This document shows positions 18,944-28,448 of a DNA stretch of 64,000 nt, in pieces. The stretch's first letter is position 1. Each line of letters opens with the position of its first letter. Position numbers and translations under genes: made by a program. A model generated the notes under the pieces. That model saw only the letters and a program-made list of their open reading frames with translations, was not told the origin of the DNA and did not search any database. The DNA comes from a virus: positions 31,829 through 95,828 of the IMG/VR virus record IMGVR_UViG_3300046786_000121, one strand, 5' to 3'.

Positions 18944-21130
18944 ATGGACGCAACAAACAACATCGCCACCGATTTATTCTACAAAGTTAGAAGCAGATTC
19001 CAAGGGCTAAAACTTGGCAACGAACTCGGTGAAATTACAATCAACCCAGAAGAAGCACGTTTCTTCGACTTTGACTACATGGAAGGTGAAAATCCTATTG
19101 GACATGTTAGTATTAGTCTTGCTGAAGCAAACTCTATGAAAGTCTATTTTAGTTCAGGCATTACAGAATCAATGGACGATGGACAAAAGAATAGTTGGTA
19201 TGGATTTTTGAAAGAATTAAGAATGTTTGCCAAGCGTAGATTAATGGCATTTGACACTAGAGATATTGCCAAAGATAATTTAGATAAAAGAGATTATGCG
19301 TTTTTGAGTCAACAAAATCAGCCTCAAAAACAAACTGTTAATTCTGTAGTAACCCCAGTTGGAGAATCAATTATGAGTGAAAGTGCATTATATGGTAGCA
19401 AGACAATGAGCTATCAGAAACTAATGGACACTAGATTAATCATCAAACACAGCCATGCTGTTATGGATGACGCTGCACCTGGTGCAAGAAGCAGAAACAT
19501 TAGTGCATTGTTTGTTGAAAATCAAGATGGCGAAAGATTTAAGTACCCTTTCATTCATCTAGCAGGTGCTCGTGCTATGCAACGTCACGTTGCTAATGGT
19601 GGTGTACCATACGATGAAATTGGTGAAAGTATTATTAAGATGAGCGAAGAAATTGCTCAACTAAAGAGTTTTGGTAACTATGTTAATCGTAATGATTTAA
19701 TGAACAGCAGTACCAATAACATTGTTGAAAGAAGCACAGCACAACTAAACAACTTACGCGAAACCCTAGCAAAACTTGCAAAGCAAGGACACTATGAGGC
19801 TTATAAAGAATCTTTCCAGGCACAACCGCAAATGGAAGTTCCAGACGAAGTTGTAGAAGACTTTACAGAGAAATTCACAGTCAGAAATTTTAAAGAAGAT
19901 ATCAAATCTGTATTCCCAGTTCTGTATAGACTGATGAAGGAATCAGAAATAGGCTACTCCGACATAGTCGCAATGACCACACAACAGTCTATTAATAATG
20001 ATGAAGAAATTGCTGAGAACAGTGCTTTTGATCGTTTTGAATCATGGGTAATGGGTCTCGGCGAATCCAGTGCTATTACTAGTCAAGAACCAGAAGAACA
20101 ACAAGCTGCATTAAAGAGCCTACAAGAATTAGTAGGACAACATTTCCCAGCAGGTGTAGACGGCAGCAATGCTATCGAAAGCCTAAAAGGTATTATTGAA
20201 GACCCTGAACTATACAAAAGAATTAAGGCACAAGCCAGTGAAGATCCAGATAGCTGTGTACGCGGTTTAGTTAAGGATTGGTTAAGTTTAAATGCACCTG
20301 AGGTATTGGAGCAATTAGACTTCGGCGATTTTGTAGAAGAGCCGGTAGCAGCTGAAGTTCCAGCACCAGAAGCTGTTCCTCAAGAAAATGTTGAAGAAGC
20401 AGCAGCTACTACTGGGGATTACGAAATTGACGGCGATATGGCAACTGTGGAATTTGAAAGAGACGAAAATGGTATTCCTAGAGTAACTAAAGTTATGGTC
20501 GGAAGTACTGATATTACTGCTATTGAAAACTTAGAAGAAATTGCAAGTAATATCGACGAAGGCGAAGAATCTCCAATTGAAGATTATTATTTAATTTTAA
20601 GCATTGATATTGAAAGTGAATATAATGCAGCTGAGAGAGGATCGAGAGAATACGGATCTGGAATGCAATTAGAACCAGACTACGATGCGTATACTGAAGT
20701 TACTGGAATTACAGCATATGGCAACGGTAAAAAGGTTGCAATATACACTGACGATTTACCAGAAAGCACTCAAGAACAAGTTCAAAAAATTGCAGACGAA
20801 CAACACACTGACGACGATTATGACGAACCAGATGATTACTATGATGATCGTTACGAAGGCAAAGAAGAACCCGCTGAACAAAAAAATCACGGTATTAACG
20901 TACAAGAACTTGCAGAATTTATTCACACATTCTACGATAGAGAATCAGGCACATTCCCTAAAGGCCCAGAAGGCGTTTGTACAATGGTAGGCAAAAAGTA
21001 TGGCCCTCAGGCAGAACAAGTTGCTCGCAAATTTGTAGAAAGAATGGCTCCACAACAACAAGATCCACAATTGGCTGAATTGACTCGAATGAAACAACTA
21101 TCGGGTATTAGTCAAGGCATTGGAATGTAA
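18944..21130 (+). CDS. Large acidic hypothetical protein (probable head-associated)
   Basis: Long ORF; start re-called 5 nt after TAAATA; HLAGARAMQRHV core, acidic insertion. Confidence 0.7.
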   Translation: MDATNNIATDLFYKVRSRFQGLKLGNELGEITINPEEARFFDFDYMEGENPIGHVSISLAEANSMKVYFSSGITESMDDGQKNSWYGFLKELRMFAKRRLMAFDTRDIAKDNLDKRDYAFLSQQNQPQKQTVNSVVTPVGESIMSESALYGSKTMSYQKLMDTRLIIKHSHAVMDDAAPGARSRNISALFVENQDGERFKYPFIHLAGARAMQRHVANGGVPYDEIGESIIKMSEEIAQLKSFGNYVNRNDLMNSSTNNIVERSTAQLNNLRETLAKLAKQGHYEAYKESFQAQPQMEVPDEVVEDFTEKFTVRNFKEDIKSVFPVLYRLMKESEIGYSDIVAMTTQQSINNDEEIAENSAFDRFESWVMGLGESSAITSQEPEEQQAALKSLQELVGQHFPAGVDGSNAIESLKGIIEDPELYKRIKAQASEDPDSCVRGLVKDWLSLNAPEVLEQLDFGDFVEEPVAAEVPAPEAVPQENVEEAAATTGDYEIDGDMATVEFERDENGIPRVTKVMVGSTDITAIENLEEIASNIDEGEESPIEDYYLILSIDIESEYNAAERGSREYGSGMQLEPDYDAYTEVTGITAYGNGKKVAIYTDDLPESTQEQVQKIADEQHTDDDYDEPDDYYDDRYEGKEEPAEQKNHGINVQELAEFIHTFYDRESGTFPKGPEGVCTMVGKKYGPQAEQVARKFVERMAPQQQDPQLAELTRMKQLSGISQGIGM

Positions 21131-21170
21131 AGTTTCGTCAGCAGTTGGTGTGATTAAGACACCATAGATT

Positions 21171-21194
21171 GGGCACTTAGGTGCCCTTTCTTTT
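21171..21194 (+). terminator. Intrinsic terminator
   Basis: GGGCAC-TTAG-GTGCCC-TTTCTTTT. Confidence 0.9.
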
Positions 21195-21257
21195 GACTTG
21201 ATGTAAACTTTATTCTTGGCTAGCACGTTATATGTATATGCTAGGAGGCATTTATGT

Positions 21258-21563
21258 ATGAAACGTTTAGCTATTACTCTGATTGCGAGTCTGACACTTC
21301 TAAGTGGAACAAGCCAAGCAAATCCGCACCATATGAACCGACATGGTCATTATCACAATGTTCATCGTGCAGATTGGATTGCTCCTCTTGTGATAGGAAG
21401 CGTAGTAACGTATGCTCTAACAAGGCCCGCACCGCAGCCAGTAATAGTACAACAACCTCAGCAAGTGTATCCTAACATACCGCCAGCACCTATTGGCTAC
21501 CATTATGAAAATATTTTGGATGCTAACTGTAATTGTTACAGGCTGGTTCTTGTTTCAAACTAA
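21258..21563 (+). CDS. Exported His/Pro-rich small protein
   Basis: SD AGGAGG; signal peptide MKRLAITLIASLTLLSGTSQA; hydrophobic segment; terminal CNC. Confidence 0.7.
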   Translation: MKRLAITLIASLTLLSGTSQANPHHMNRHGHYHNVHRADWIAPLVIGSVVTYALTRPAPQPVIVQQPQQVYPNIPPAPIGYHYENILDANCNCYRLVLVSN

Positions 21564-21579
21564 CCTTAAAGGAAATATC

Positions 21580-21807
21580 ATGAAACTAATCGCAACTTTA
21601 ATCGCATCAGCATTTGCAGTATCAGCATTTGCCGCAGAACCAGCTAAGGCTCCTGCAACACCTGCTCCGGCAGCAACAGCAACAGCTCCAGCTAAGGCAG
21701 AAGTTAAGAAAGAAGACGAACTTAAGAAAGGGGCAAAGCCTGCAAAAAGTACTCCTGCCAAGGACGAAAAGGCAGCAGCACCAGCTACTAAGCCAGCGTC
21801 CAAGTAA
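21580..21807 (+). CDS. Exported Ala/Pro/Lys-rich small protein (Asr-like composition)
   Basis: SD AAGGA; signal peptide ending AFA-A; low-complexity mature part. Confidence 0.8.
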   Translation: MKLIATLIASAFAVSAFAAEPAKAPATPAPAATATAPAKAEVKKEDELKKGAKPAKSTPAKDEKAAAPATKPASK

Positions 21808-21808
21808 T

Positions 21809-22000
21809 TTAGGGTTAAACGAATCGGACGACGATTCGTGCAGCGAAGTTGATCTTCATGTTGCGTATCGCCGTCCGCAAGTTGTCACAGAAGAATACAA
21901 TCTCATTGACGATGATTCAGAATTACCAAAACACATTACAGACAGACTAGCTCAAATAAGAGCGTTGGCACTGGAAAAATATAAAGAAGTCCATGGTTGA
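21809..22000 (+). CDS. Acidic/helical ORF without a canonical start
   Basis: Open frame fills the gap to the terminator with a protein-like sequence; no usable in-frame ATG/GTG/TTG near its 5' end. Confidence 0.4.
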   Translation, partial: LGLNESDDDSCSEVDLHVAYRRPQVVTEEYNLIDDDSELPKHITDRLAQIRALALEKYKEVHG

Positions 22001-22015
22001 TACCTGGACTTTTTT
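21987..22015 (+). terminator. Intrinsic terminator
   Basis: AAGTCCA(T)GGT-TGAT-ACCTGGACTT then T-tract. Confidence 0.75.
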
Positions 22016-22050
22016 ATTGGAAAAATAATCATTTTATCTGTGGCTTTTTG

Positions 22051-22079
22051 TTGACTCTGCTAAATAAATCGTGCATAAT
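22051..22079 (+). promoter_or_regulatory. sigma70 promoter of the SSB operon, with a late TAAATA box in its spacer
   Basis: TTGACT-17-CATAAT; TAAATA at 22061-22066. Confidence 0.75.
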
Positions 22080-22138
22080 AGTTACTATGCACATTAAGGC
22101 ATACAAGCATTTTAAGGCATATATAGGAGGCATATAAA

Positions 22139-23149
22139 ATGGCTACATTAGCAGAAATCCGTGCGAAACTTCAAGAAGCACAATCAAAGTCCACAGGACA
22201 ATCCACCGGCGGTGGAGACAACGCAATTTACCCACATTGGAACATGGCCGAAGGCAAAGAAGCAGTAATTCGCTTGCTACCTGACGGTAATCCAAATAAC
22301 ACATTCTTCTGGGTAGAACGTGCAATGATCAAATTGCCGTTCGCAGGTATCAAAGGTGAAACAGATAGTCGTCCAGTTCAAGTGCAAGTTCCTTGCGTTG
22401 AAATGTACAACGACGGTTCAGTTTGCCCAATCCTTTCTGAAGTACGTGGTTGGTTCAAAGATAAGTCTTTGGAAGAAATGGGTCGTAAGTATTGGAAAAA
22501 GCGTAGTTATATTTTCCAAGGTTTTGTTGTTGAAGATCCTATCGGTGAAGACAAGAAGCCAGAAAACCCAATCCGTCGATTCATTATCGGCCCACAAATC
22601 TATCAAATCATTCGTAGTGCTTTGATGGATCCAGAGTTGGATGAACTACCAACAGATTACATGAAAGGTGTTGACTTCCGTATTGCTAAAACTAGCAAGG
22701 GTGGTTTCGCTGATTATTCTACTAGTAAGTGGAGTCGTCGTGAACGTGCTCTAAGCGAAGTTGAAACAGCGGCTTTGGCATCTAACGAATTATTCAACTT
22801 GTCAGACTTCTTGCCAAAGAAGCCAACTGATGTTGAGTTGAAAGTTATGAAAGAAATGTTTGAAGCATCTGTTGACGGCGAGCCATATGATATGGAACGT
22901 TGGGGTCAATACTTCAAGCCAGCAGGCATGGGCGGTGGCGGTACTGCAACCGGTTCCACAACACAACGCTCTGCTCCTACCCAGGCAGCATCTGCTCCAG
23001 CAGATGAAGATGATGCGCCATTCGATACAACTCCAGTGGCTCCTGTAAAAGGTGTTAACCTAGCAGATGCAGCATCACCTGCAGGTGGTGAAGGTGCAAG
23101 TCGTGCGCAAGATATCCTTGCCATGATTCGTAACCGTCAAAAGCAATAA
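22139..23149 (+). CDS. Single-stranded DNA-binding protein (gp32-like)
   Basis: AVIRLLPDG, CxE...CPI, YWKKRSY, FIIGPQIY, G.DFRI.K..KGGFADYSTSKW; upstream of uvsX. Confidence 0.88.
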   Translation: MATLAEIRAKLQEAQSKSTGQSTGGGDNAIYPHWNMAEGKEAVIRLLPDGNPNNTFFWVERAMIKLPFAGIKGETDSRPVQVQVPCVEMYNDGSVCPILSEVRGWFKDKSLEEMGRKYWKKRSYIFQGFVVEDPIGEDKKPENPIRRFIIGPQIYQIIRSALMDPELDELPTDYMKGVDFRIAKTSKGGFADYSTSKWSRRERALSEVETAALASNELFNLSDFLPKKPTDVELKVMKEMFEASVDGEPYDMERWGQYFKPAGMGGGGTATGSTTQRSAPTQAASAPADEDDAPFDTTPVAPVKGVNLADAASPAGGEGASRAQDILAMIRNRQKQ

Positions 23150-23160
23150 AGCTAAACTAA

Positions 23161-23190
23161 AGAGTGTGCAGGGTAAGCCTGCACTCTCTT
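23161..23190 (+). terminator. Stem-loop after ssb (weak terminator or stabilizer)
   Basis: GTGCAGG-GTAAG-CCTGCAC, poor U-tract. Confidence 0.5.
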
Positions 23191-23211
23191 ACCACCTAGG
23201 AGAATAAGAAT

Positions 23212-23424
23212 ATGGCAACAAACAAAACAGTATCTAAACTTGGCGACAAGTTAACAAAAGTAAACGAATCGTTTACTGTTAATATGTACGACAACGGCTT
23301 TATGGTAGAAGCTGGTGGTCGTAACAAAAAAGGTGATTACGTTAGTGCTAAAATTATGTGTACAACTGTAGACGATGTTTTATCACTAGTACGTGAAGCA
23401 TGCGAAATGGATAGGGACGTTTAA
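23212..23424 (+). CDS. Hypothetical protein
   Basis: SD AGGAG, ATG, 70 aa. Confidence 0.8.
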   Translation: MATNKTVSKLGDKLTKVNESFTVNMYDNGFMVEAGGRNKKGDYVSAKIMCTTVDDVLSLVREACEMDRDV

Positions 23425-23425
23425 T

Positions 23426-24505
23426 ATGGCAAAGGCATTTGATATTTCAAAATTTAGAAAATCGATTACTAAGTCTATTGAAGGTTTAAGTATCGGTTTC
23501 AATGACCCAACTGATTGGGTTTCAACAAACAACTACGCATTAAATTATCTTATCAGTGGTGACTTTAAGAAAGGTATTCCGCTAGGTAAGGTAACAGTAT
23601 TTGCTGGTGAATCAGGCGCAGGCAAATCATTTATCTGTTCAGGCAATCTAGTTGCTAACGCACAGAAGCAAGGTATCTATCCTATCTTGATTGACACAGA
23701 AAACGCACTTGATGAAGATTGGTTAAAAGCATTAGATGTTGATACTAGTCCAGATAAGTTGTTAAAACTTAACATGGCTATGATTGACGATGTTGCAAAA
23801 ACTATCAATGAATTCATTGCAGAATATAAACAAATGCCAGAAGAAGATCGTCCTAAGGTTTTGTTTGTAATTGATTCGTTAGGTATGTTATTAACTCCAA
23901 CAGATGTTAATCAATTCCAAGCAGGCGATTTAAAAGGTGACATGGGCCGTAAACCTAAGGCACTAACAGCACTTGTTCGTAATTGTGTTAACATGTTTGG
24001 AAGTTACAATATCGGTATGGTTTGTACAAATCATACATATGCTAGTCAGGATATGTTTGACCCAGATGATAAGATTAGCGGTGGACAAGGTTTCATCTAT
24101 GCCAGCTCAATCGTTGTTGCTATGCGTAAATTGAAGTTGAAAGAAGACGAGGACGGTAATAAAGTTTCAGAAGTAAACGGTATTAGAGCCGCTTGTAAGA
24201 TTATGAAGACACGTTATGCAAAGCCGTTTGAAAGTGTACAAGTTAAGATTCCTTACGAAACAGGTATGAATCCATATAGTGGACTGGTCGACTTGTTTGA
24301 AGCTAAAGGGATGCTCAAGAAAGAAGGCAATAGTCTTGTTTACACTACCGCAGATGGCGAAGTTATCAAACAATTCCGCAAGGCTTGGGAAAAGAATGAG
24401 AAGAACGGCCTTGACATTGCAATGGATGATATTTCAAAACACGGCGAAAAAACCGAATCAGTGATAACTAATAATGTTGAACCTGAAACGGAGATTACCG
24501 AATGA
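23426..24505 (+). CDS. uvsX: RecA-like recombinase UvsX
   Basis: GESGAGKS Walker A, IDTENA, VIDSLG, NHTY, SGGQG; start re-called to ATG 23426. Confidence 0.93.
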   Translation: MAKAFDISKFRKSITKSIEGLSIGFNDPTDWVSTNNYALNYLISGDFKKGIPLGKVTVFAGESGAGKSFICSGNLVANAQKQGIYPILIDTENALDEDWLKALDVDTSPDKLLKLNMAMIDDVAKTINEFIAEYKQMPEEDRPKVLFVIDSLGMLLTPTDVNQFQAGDLKGDMGRKPKALTALVRNCVNMFGSYNIGMVCTNHTYASQDMFDPDDKISGGQGFIYASSIVVAMRKLKLKEDEDGNKVSEVNGIRAACKIMKTRYAKPFESVQVKIPYETGMNPYSGLVDLFEAKGMLKKEGNSLVYTTADGEVIKQFRKAWEKNEKNGLDIAMDDISKHGEKTESVITNNVEPETEITE

Positions 24506-24735
24506 AAGAAGATTTAATTGCAGATATCTGGACACTTGTTATTGAACACATTCCAGAAAAACACAGAAAGGATCTGGCAGCAGACTTTGTTAATACACTA
24601 TTAGATTATGGTATTAAAGAAAGTGTTCTCCAGGGTCTGCAAGGTGTTGATGGCTATCTCGACGATGCAATTTCATATGCAATCGATGGAGAAGAAATCG
24701 AAGACGAAGATGATTATTACGAAGATGAGGAATAA
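24502..24735 (+). CDS. Small acidic hypothetical protein
   Basis: ATGA coupling, SD GGAG. Confidence 0.75.
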   Translation: MKEDLIADIWTLVIEHIPEKHRKDLAADFVNTLLDYGIKESVLQGLQGVDGYLDDAISYAIDGEEIEDEDDYYEDEE

Positions 24736-25191
24736 ATGAATTGGTACGATCGGGTTTCTAAGGATATTTCAAACATTCCTGATGCTGTGGCTTATTATGA
24801 AGCCGAATTACTGGCAGCAAAAGCAGATACTCGCATAGCGGGAAATTTAGAAAGGGCTGCTGCCAATATGCCCGGTATTGTTGAAAACCGATTTAATCAA
24901 CTTCAAGAAATCGAAGGTATCTTAGAATATCTAAACATCGAACTAAGACGCCTTCGTAGTCAACATTTTCGTAAGTATCTTGAAAACTACCAACGTTCTT
25001 TAAGTTCTAGAGACTGTGAAAAGTTTGTAGAAGGTGAAGCAGACGTTGTAGATTTTGAGAAAATCATTAATGATTTTGCCTTGCTACGTAACAAGTGGCT
25101 TGGCATTATCAAAGCATTAGACATTAAACAATGGCAGGTATCAAACATTGTTAAACTTAGAACTGCCGGATTAGAAGACGCAACATTATGA
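24736..25191 (+). CDS. uvsY: Recombination mediator UvsY
   Basis: Helical 151 aa; F.KYLE.Y.R.L...D.EK.V.GE; IIK.LD.KQWQ.SNIVK.R.AG; near uvsX. Confidence 0.75.
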   Translation: MNWYDRVSKDISNIPDAVAYYEAELLAAKADTRIAGNLERAAANMPGIVENRFNQLQEIEGILEYLNIELRRLRSQHFRKYLENYQRSLSSRDCEKFVEGEADVVDFEKIINDFALLRNKWLGIIKALDIKQWQVSNIVKLRTAGLEDATL

Positions 25192-26147
25192 AGATTTTAG
25201 TTACAGGCGGGTTAGGGCTAATTGGCCATCACGTTGTTAAAAAGTTAGAAGACTTAAATCACGAAGTTGTCATTGTAGATAGTAAAACCGATTATGGAAT
25301 TATTCCAGAGCTTGAGTTAAACTATCTAATGGAAGAACGTCTTAAATCTATTAAGACATCTAAGATTTATACTATGGACATTTCCGGAGAGGTAATGGAC
25401 TGGTTATTCGATCAAGTAAAACCTCAAGCGGTAATACATCTAGCAAGTTTTCCAAGACAAAAAGTAGTTAATGCTAATCCTGCATTAGGTGCTAGAACTA
25501 TGAGTGAAGGACTTTTAAATCTCTTAGAGATGTCAAAGAAATATAAAGTTTCTAGATTCTTCTATGCCAGCAGCAGTATGGTCTATGGAGATTTTACAGA
25601 CTTTGTAACAGAAGATGCGGTTTGCCGTCCACAAGGACAATACGGTATTATGAAACTAGCAGGAGAGTGGTTAGTTAAAGATTACCAAAAGCACGGCATC
25701 GATTACACTATTTTTAGACCTAGTGCAGTCTACGGTCCATTAGATGTAGAAGATAGAGTTATTAGTAAATTTCTATTAACCGCAATGCGTGGTGGAGTTC
25801 TAAAAGTAAATGGAGTTAACGAAACTCTAGACTTTACCTATGTAGATGATGCTGCTACAGGAATCGTAGATGCTGTTTTAAGTGAAAACACAAGAAACAA
25901 GACATACAATATTACTAAAAGTCATAGTAAAACATTACTTGCCGCAGCAGAATTAGCTGTTAAATTAGCAGGTAAAGGTACCATTGAAGTCAGAGAAAAG
26001 GATGCAGACTTTCCAAGTCGTGGCGCACTAAATGTAGATGCTGCACGTAAAGATTTTGGCTTTGATCCTAAAGTAGATATCGAAGAAGGCTTTGAAATCT
26101 ATTATGAGTGGTTAAAAAATTCTGAATACTGGCAAAAGAATCTTTAA
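25188..26147 (+). CDS. NAD-dependent nucleotide-sugar epimerase/reductase (extended SDR)
   Basis: ILVTGGLGLIG, SSSMVYG, YGIMK (YxxxK), RPSAVYGP, DFTYVDD. Confidence 0.92.
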   Translation: MKILVTGGLGLIGHHVVKKLEDLNHEVVIVDSKTDYGIIPELELNYLMEERLKSIKTSKIYTMDISGEVMDWLFDQVKPQAVIHLASFPRQKVVNANPALGARTMSEGLLNLLEMSKKYKVSRFFYASSSMVYGDFTDFVTEDAVCRPQGQYGIMKLAGEWLVKDYQKHGIDYTIFRPSAVYGPLDVEDRVISKFLLTAMRGGVLKVNGVNETLDFTYVDDAATGIVDAVLSENTRNKTYNITKSHSKTLLAAAELAVKLAGKGTIEVREKDADFPSRGALNVDAARKDFGFDPKVDIEEGFEIYYEWLKNSEYWQKNL

Positions 26148-26992
26148 GGAGTTAGTCCTTGACTCCATAGTCCTGGATATTGTTTTGCAATGTCGTAGAG
26201 TTTAAGATCAAATCCTGATCTTTCTTCTACTTTAATAGCTCTCATCTTTTTCTTCTTGGCAACAGAATTCCAATTTCCATTAAATACCGATTGTGAAATT
26301 TCTTCAGAAGTTTTTTGGATCTTCTTCTCCCATCCCGGACCTTCTCTTTTAGCAGAAATTTGTTCACCCTTCATTTGCTGACTGCCCATCATAGTAAGAT
26401 GCCATCCACCTTCGAGAACTCCATCACCGTAGTGTCTTGCAGTTTTATTTTTAGAACAATATAGCTCTGTAGTAGGAGTTGGCATAATATCAACTCGTGT
26501 TGTTTTAGTTCCTGGCCATTTTCCGAGAGTCATTTGCCAATCGAAGAAGCATGTTCTAACATCTTGTGCCCAAAACATTTTTCCATATTTGTCAACTAAT
26601 TTTTTTGATTCGTTGATTAATCTAGGATCCCAAATTTCGTCTAGGTCACTCATCATCATCCAATCATCTGACGAAACACTTCTAATTAAATCGGATAATG
26701 TGTCTCTCATTGATACTTCAACAATTCTACTATTAGATTTAAAGTCTGGATTATCGGTATTTCCAGAATAGTCTAGTTTTGATTTATCTATTTCTAAATA
26801 TTGATAGACTATCTTGTTCTTTATGTCTTCTGGCAGCGTACTATAAATTTTATCAAATTGTGCCGGATGATGTTGCAGACTAAATGTAGTATCTGTTTCA
26901 ACTATTACAAACTTATCTACATGTGGATTAAGATATTCTAATCTCACTCTAAGTAAATCAGTTTCGTTAAAGTATAAAAAGCTATCGATCAT
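26144..26992 (-). CDS. Glycosyltransferase family 17-like
   Basis: DSFLYFNE.DLL..RLEYL...VDKFVIVE...TFS; SDLDEI; GGWHLT. Confidence 0.85.
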   Translation of the reverse strand: MIDSFLYFNETDLLRVRLEYLNPHVDKFVIVETDTTFSLQHHPAQFDKIYSTLPEDIKNKIVYQYLEIDKSKLDYSGNTDNPDFKSNSRIVEVSMRDTLSDLIRSVSSDDWMMMSDLDEIWDPRLINESKKLVDKYGKMFWAQDVRTCFFDWQMTLGKWPGTKTTRVDIMPTPTTELYCSKNKTARHYGDGVLEGGWHLTMMGSQQMKGEQISAKREGPGWEKKIQKTSEEISQSVFNGNWNSVAKKKKMRAIKVEERSGFDLKLYDIAKQYPGLWSQGLTP

Positions 26993-27063
26993 AAGTATCC
27001 TATTTTAAATATTTAGCAATTATATGCGCAGATAAATATATCACAATAAAACGGTAACTTACA

Positions 27064-27684
27064 ATGAAACAACCTAGAATTAGTTATACTTTTTTCAATG
27101 ATGTATGGAAAAGTAACAAACCTGGTTTCTATGTCGAAATTGGTGCATGGGATGGTAGAAAGAAGAACAGCACCATTGTGTTAGAAAAGGCAGGATGGGA
27201 TGGCGTTGCTATTGAAGCAAGTCCTCCGAGTTTTGAATTATTAAAAAACAATAGACGATGTAGATGTCTAAATGTTGCAGTTTATGATCACGATGGAGAA
27301 GTCGAGTTTGCAATGTTTCCAGATCGCCCAGAGTGGAATGGTATCATTGAAACATATGGAGATTCACATAAGGAATTACTAAACAGTGCTAATCCTTCTA
27401 TAGGTTCTAGATCATCGGCTCCTGCAAGCATAATTAAAATTCCTTGTAAAAAATGGTCAAGTTTAGAATTACCGAGTCACATTGATTATCTACAGGTTGA
27501 TGTTGAAGGCGCAGAATTATCTATATTAAATTGTATCGATTGGGATACTACCACTATATCCTACATATGTTTAGAAGATAACAATTACGAAAAGGGAGAT
27601 ATGACCTATACTAGGTATATGGAGTCCTTAGGTTATGAATCTATTGCAAGACAAAATGTAGATTTTCTTTGGAAGAAAAAATGA
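27064..27684 (+). CDS. FkbM-family methyltransferase
   Basis: GFYVEIGAWDG...GWDGVAIEAS; IDYLQVDVEGAE. Confidence 0.9.
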   Translation: MKQPRISYTFFNDVWKSNKPGFYVEIGAWDGRKKNSTIVLEKAGWDGVAIEASPPSFELLKNNRRCRCLNVAVYDHDGEVEFAMFPDRPEWNGIIETYGDSHKELLNSANPSIGSRSSAPASIIKIPCKKWSSLELPSHIDYLQVDVEGAELSILNCIDWDTTTISYICLEDNNYEKGDMTYTRYMESLGYESIARQNVDFLWKKK

Positions 27685-28448
27685 AAAAGGTTGTTTTAGT
27701 TACAGGCGGATTTGACCCTATACATTCAGGGCACATTGCTTACATTAAAGAAGCGAAGAAATTAGGCGACATACTCGTTGTTGGTGCTAATTCGGATCAG
27801 TGGTTACGTGATAAGAAGGGCAGAGAATTTATGCCTTGGGAAGAACGTGCAACTGTGTTAAGTGCAATTTCTGAAGTTAGTAGAGTTATTAACTTTGATG
27901 ATGCTGACGGTAGTGCCAAAGATGCTATTAGAAAAGTTAGACAACTTTATCCCTATGAGCAAATAGTTTTTGCTAACGGTGGGGATAGAACTAAAACTAA
28001 TATACCAGAAATGGATTTGCTAGATTCGATGTTGCATTTAGAATTTGTGTTTGGTGTAGGAGGTGAACACAAAATGAATTCTAGTAGTTGGATTCTGCAA
28101 GAATGGAAAGCGCCTAAGACAGAACGCCCCTGGGGTTATTATCGTGTATTACACGAAGTATCTGGCATGAAAGTTAAAGAGCTTACTGTTAATCCTGGAT
28201 GCAGCTTATCGATGCAACGTCATCAAAATCGTGCAGAATATTGGATTGTAAGTCATGGTGCCTGTGTTGTTAATTCTATGATGGCAGGTGGATATGCACT
28301 GCCTCCTACGCTGTTAAAAGAACATTTAGAATATAAAGTTCCAGTTGGGGAATGGCATCAATTAACAAATCCGTACGATGTTCCTTGTAAGATTGTTGAA
28401 ATACAATACGGTGAAAAGTGCGTCGAAGAGGACATTGAAAGAAAATGA
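27681..28448 (+). CDS. Cytidylyltransferase (RfaE2/TagD-like) fused to mannose-6-P isomerase-type cupin
   Basis: TGGFDPIHSGH (HxGH), ANGGDR; C-terminal ERPWG..LSMQRH..RAEYW...HQLTN...EIQYG..C.EEDIER. Confidence 0.9.
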   Translation: MKKVVLVTGGFDPIHSGHIAYIKEAKKLGDILVVGANSDQWLRDKKGREFMPWEERATVLSAISEVSRVINFDDADGSAKDAIRKVRQLYPYEQIVFANGGDRTKTNIPEMDLLDSMLHLEFVFGVGGEHKMNSSSWILQEWKAPKTERPWGYYRVLHEVSGMKVKELTVNPGCSLSMQRHQNRAEYWIVSHGACVVNSMMAGGYALPPTLLKEHLEYKVPVGEWHQLTNPYDVPCKIVEIQYGEKCVEEDIERK

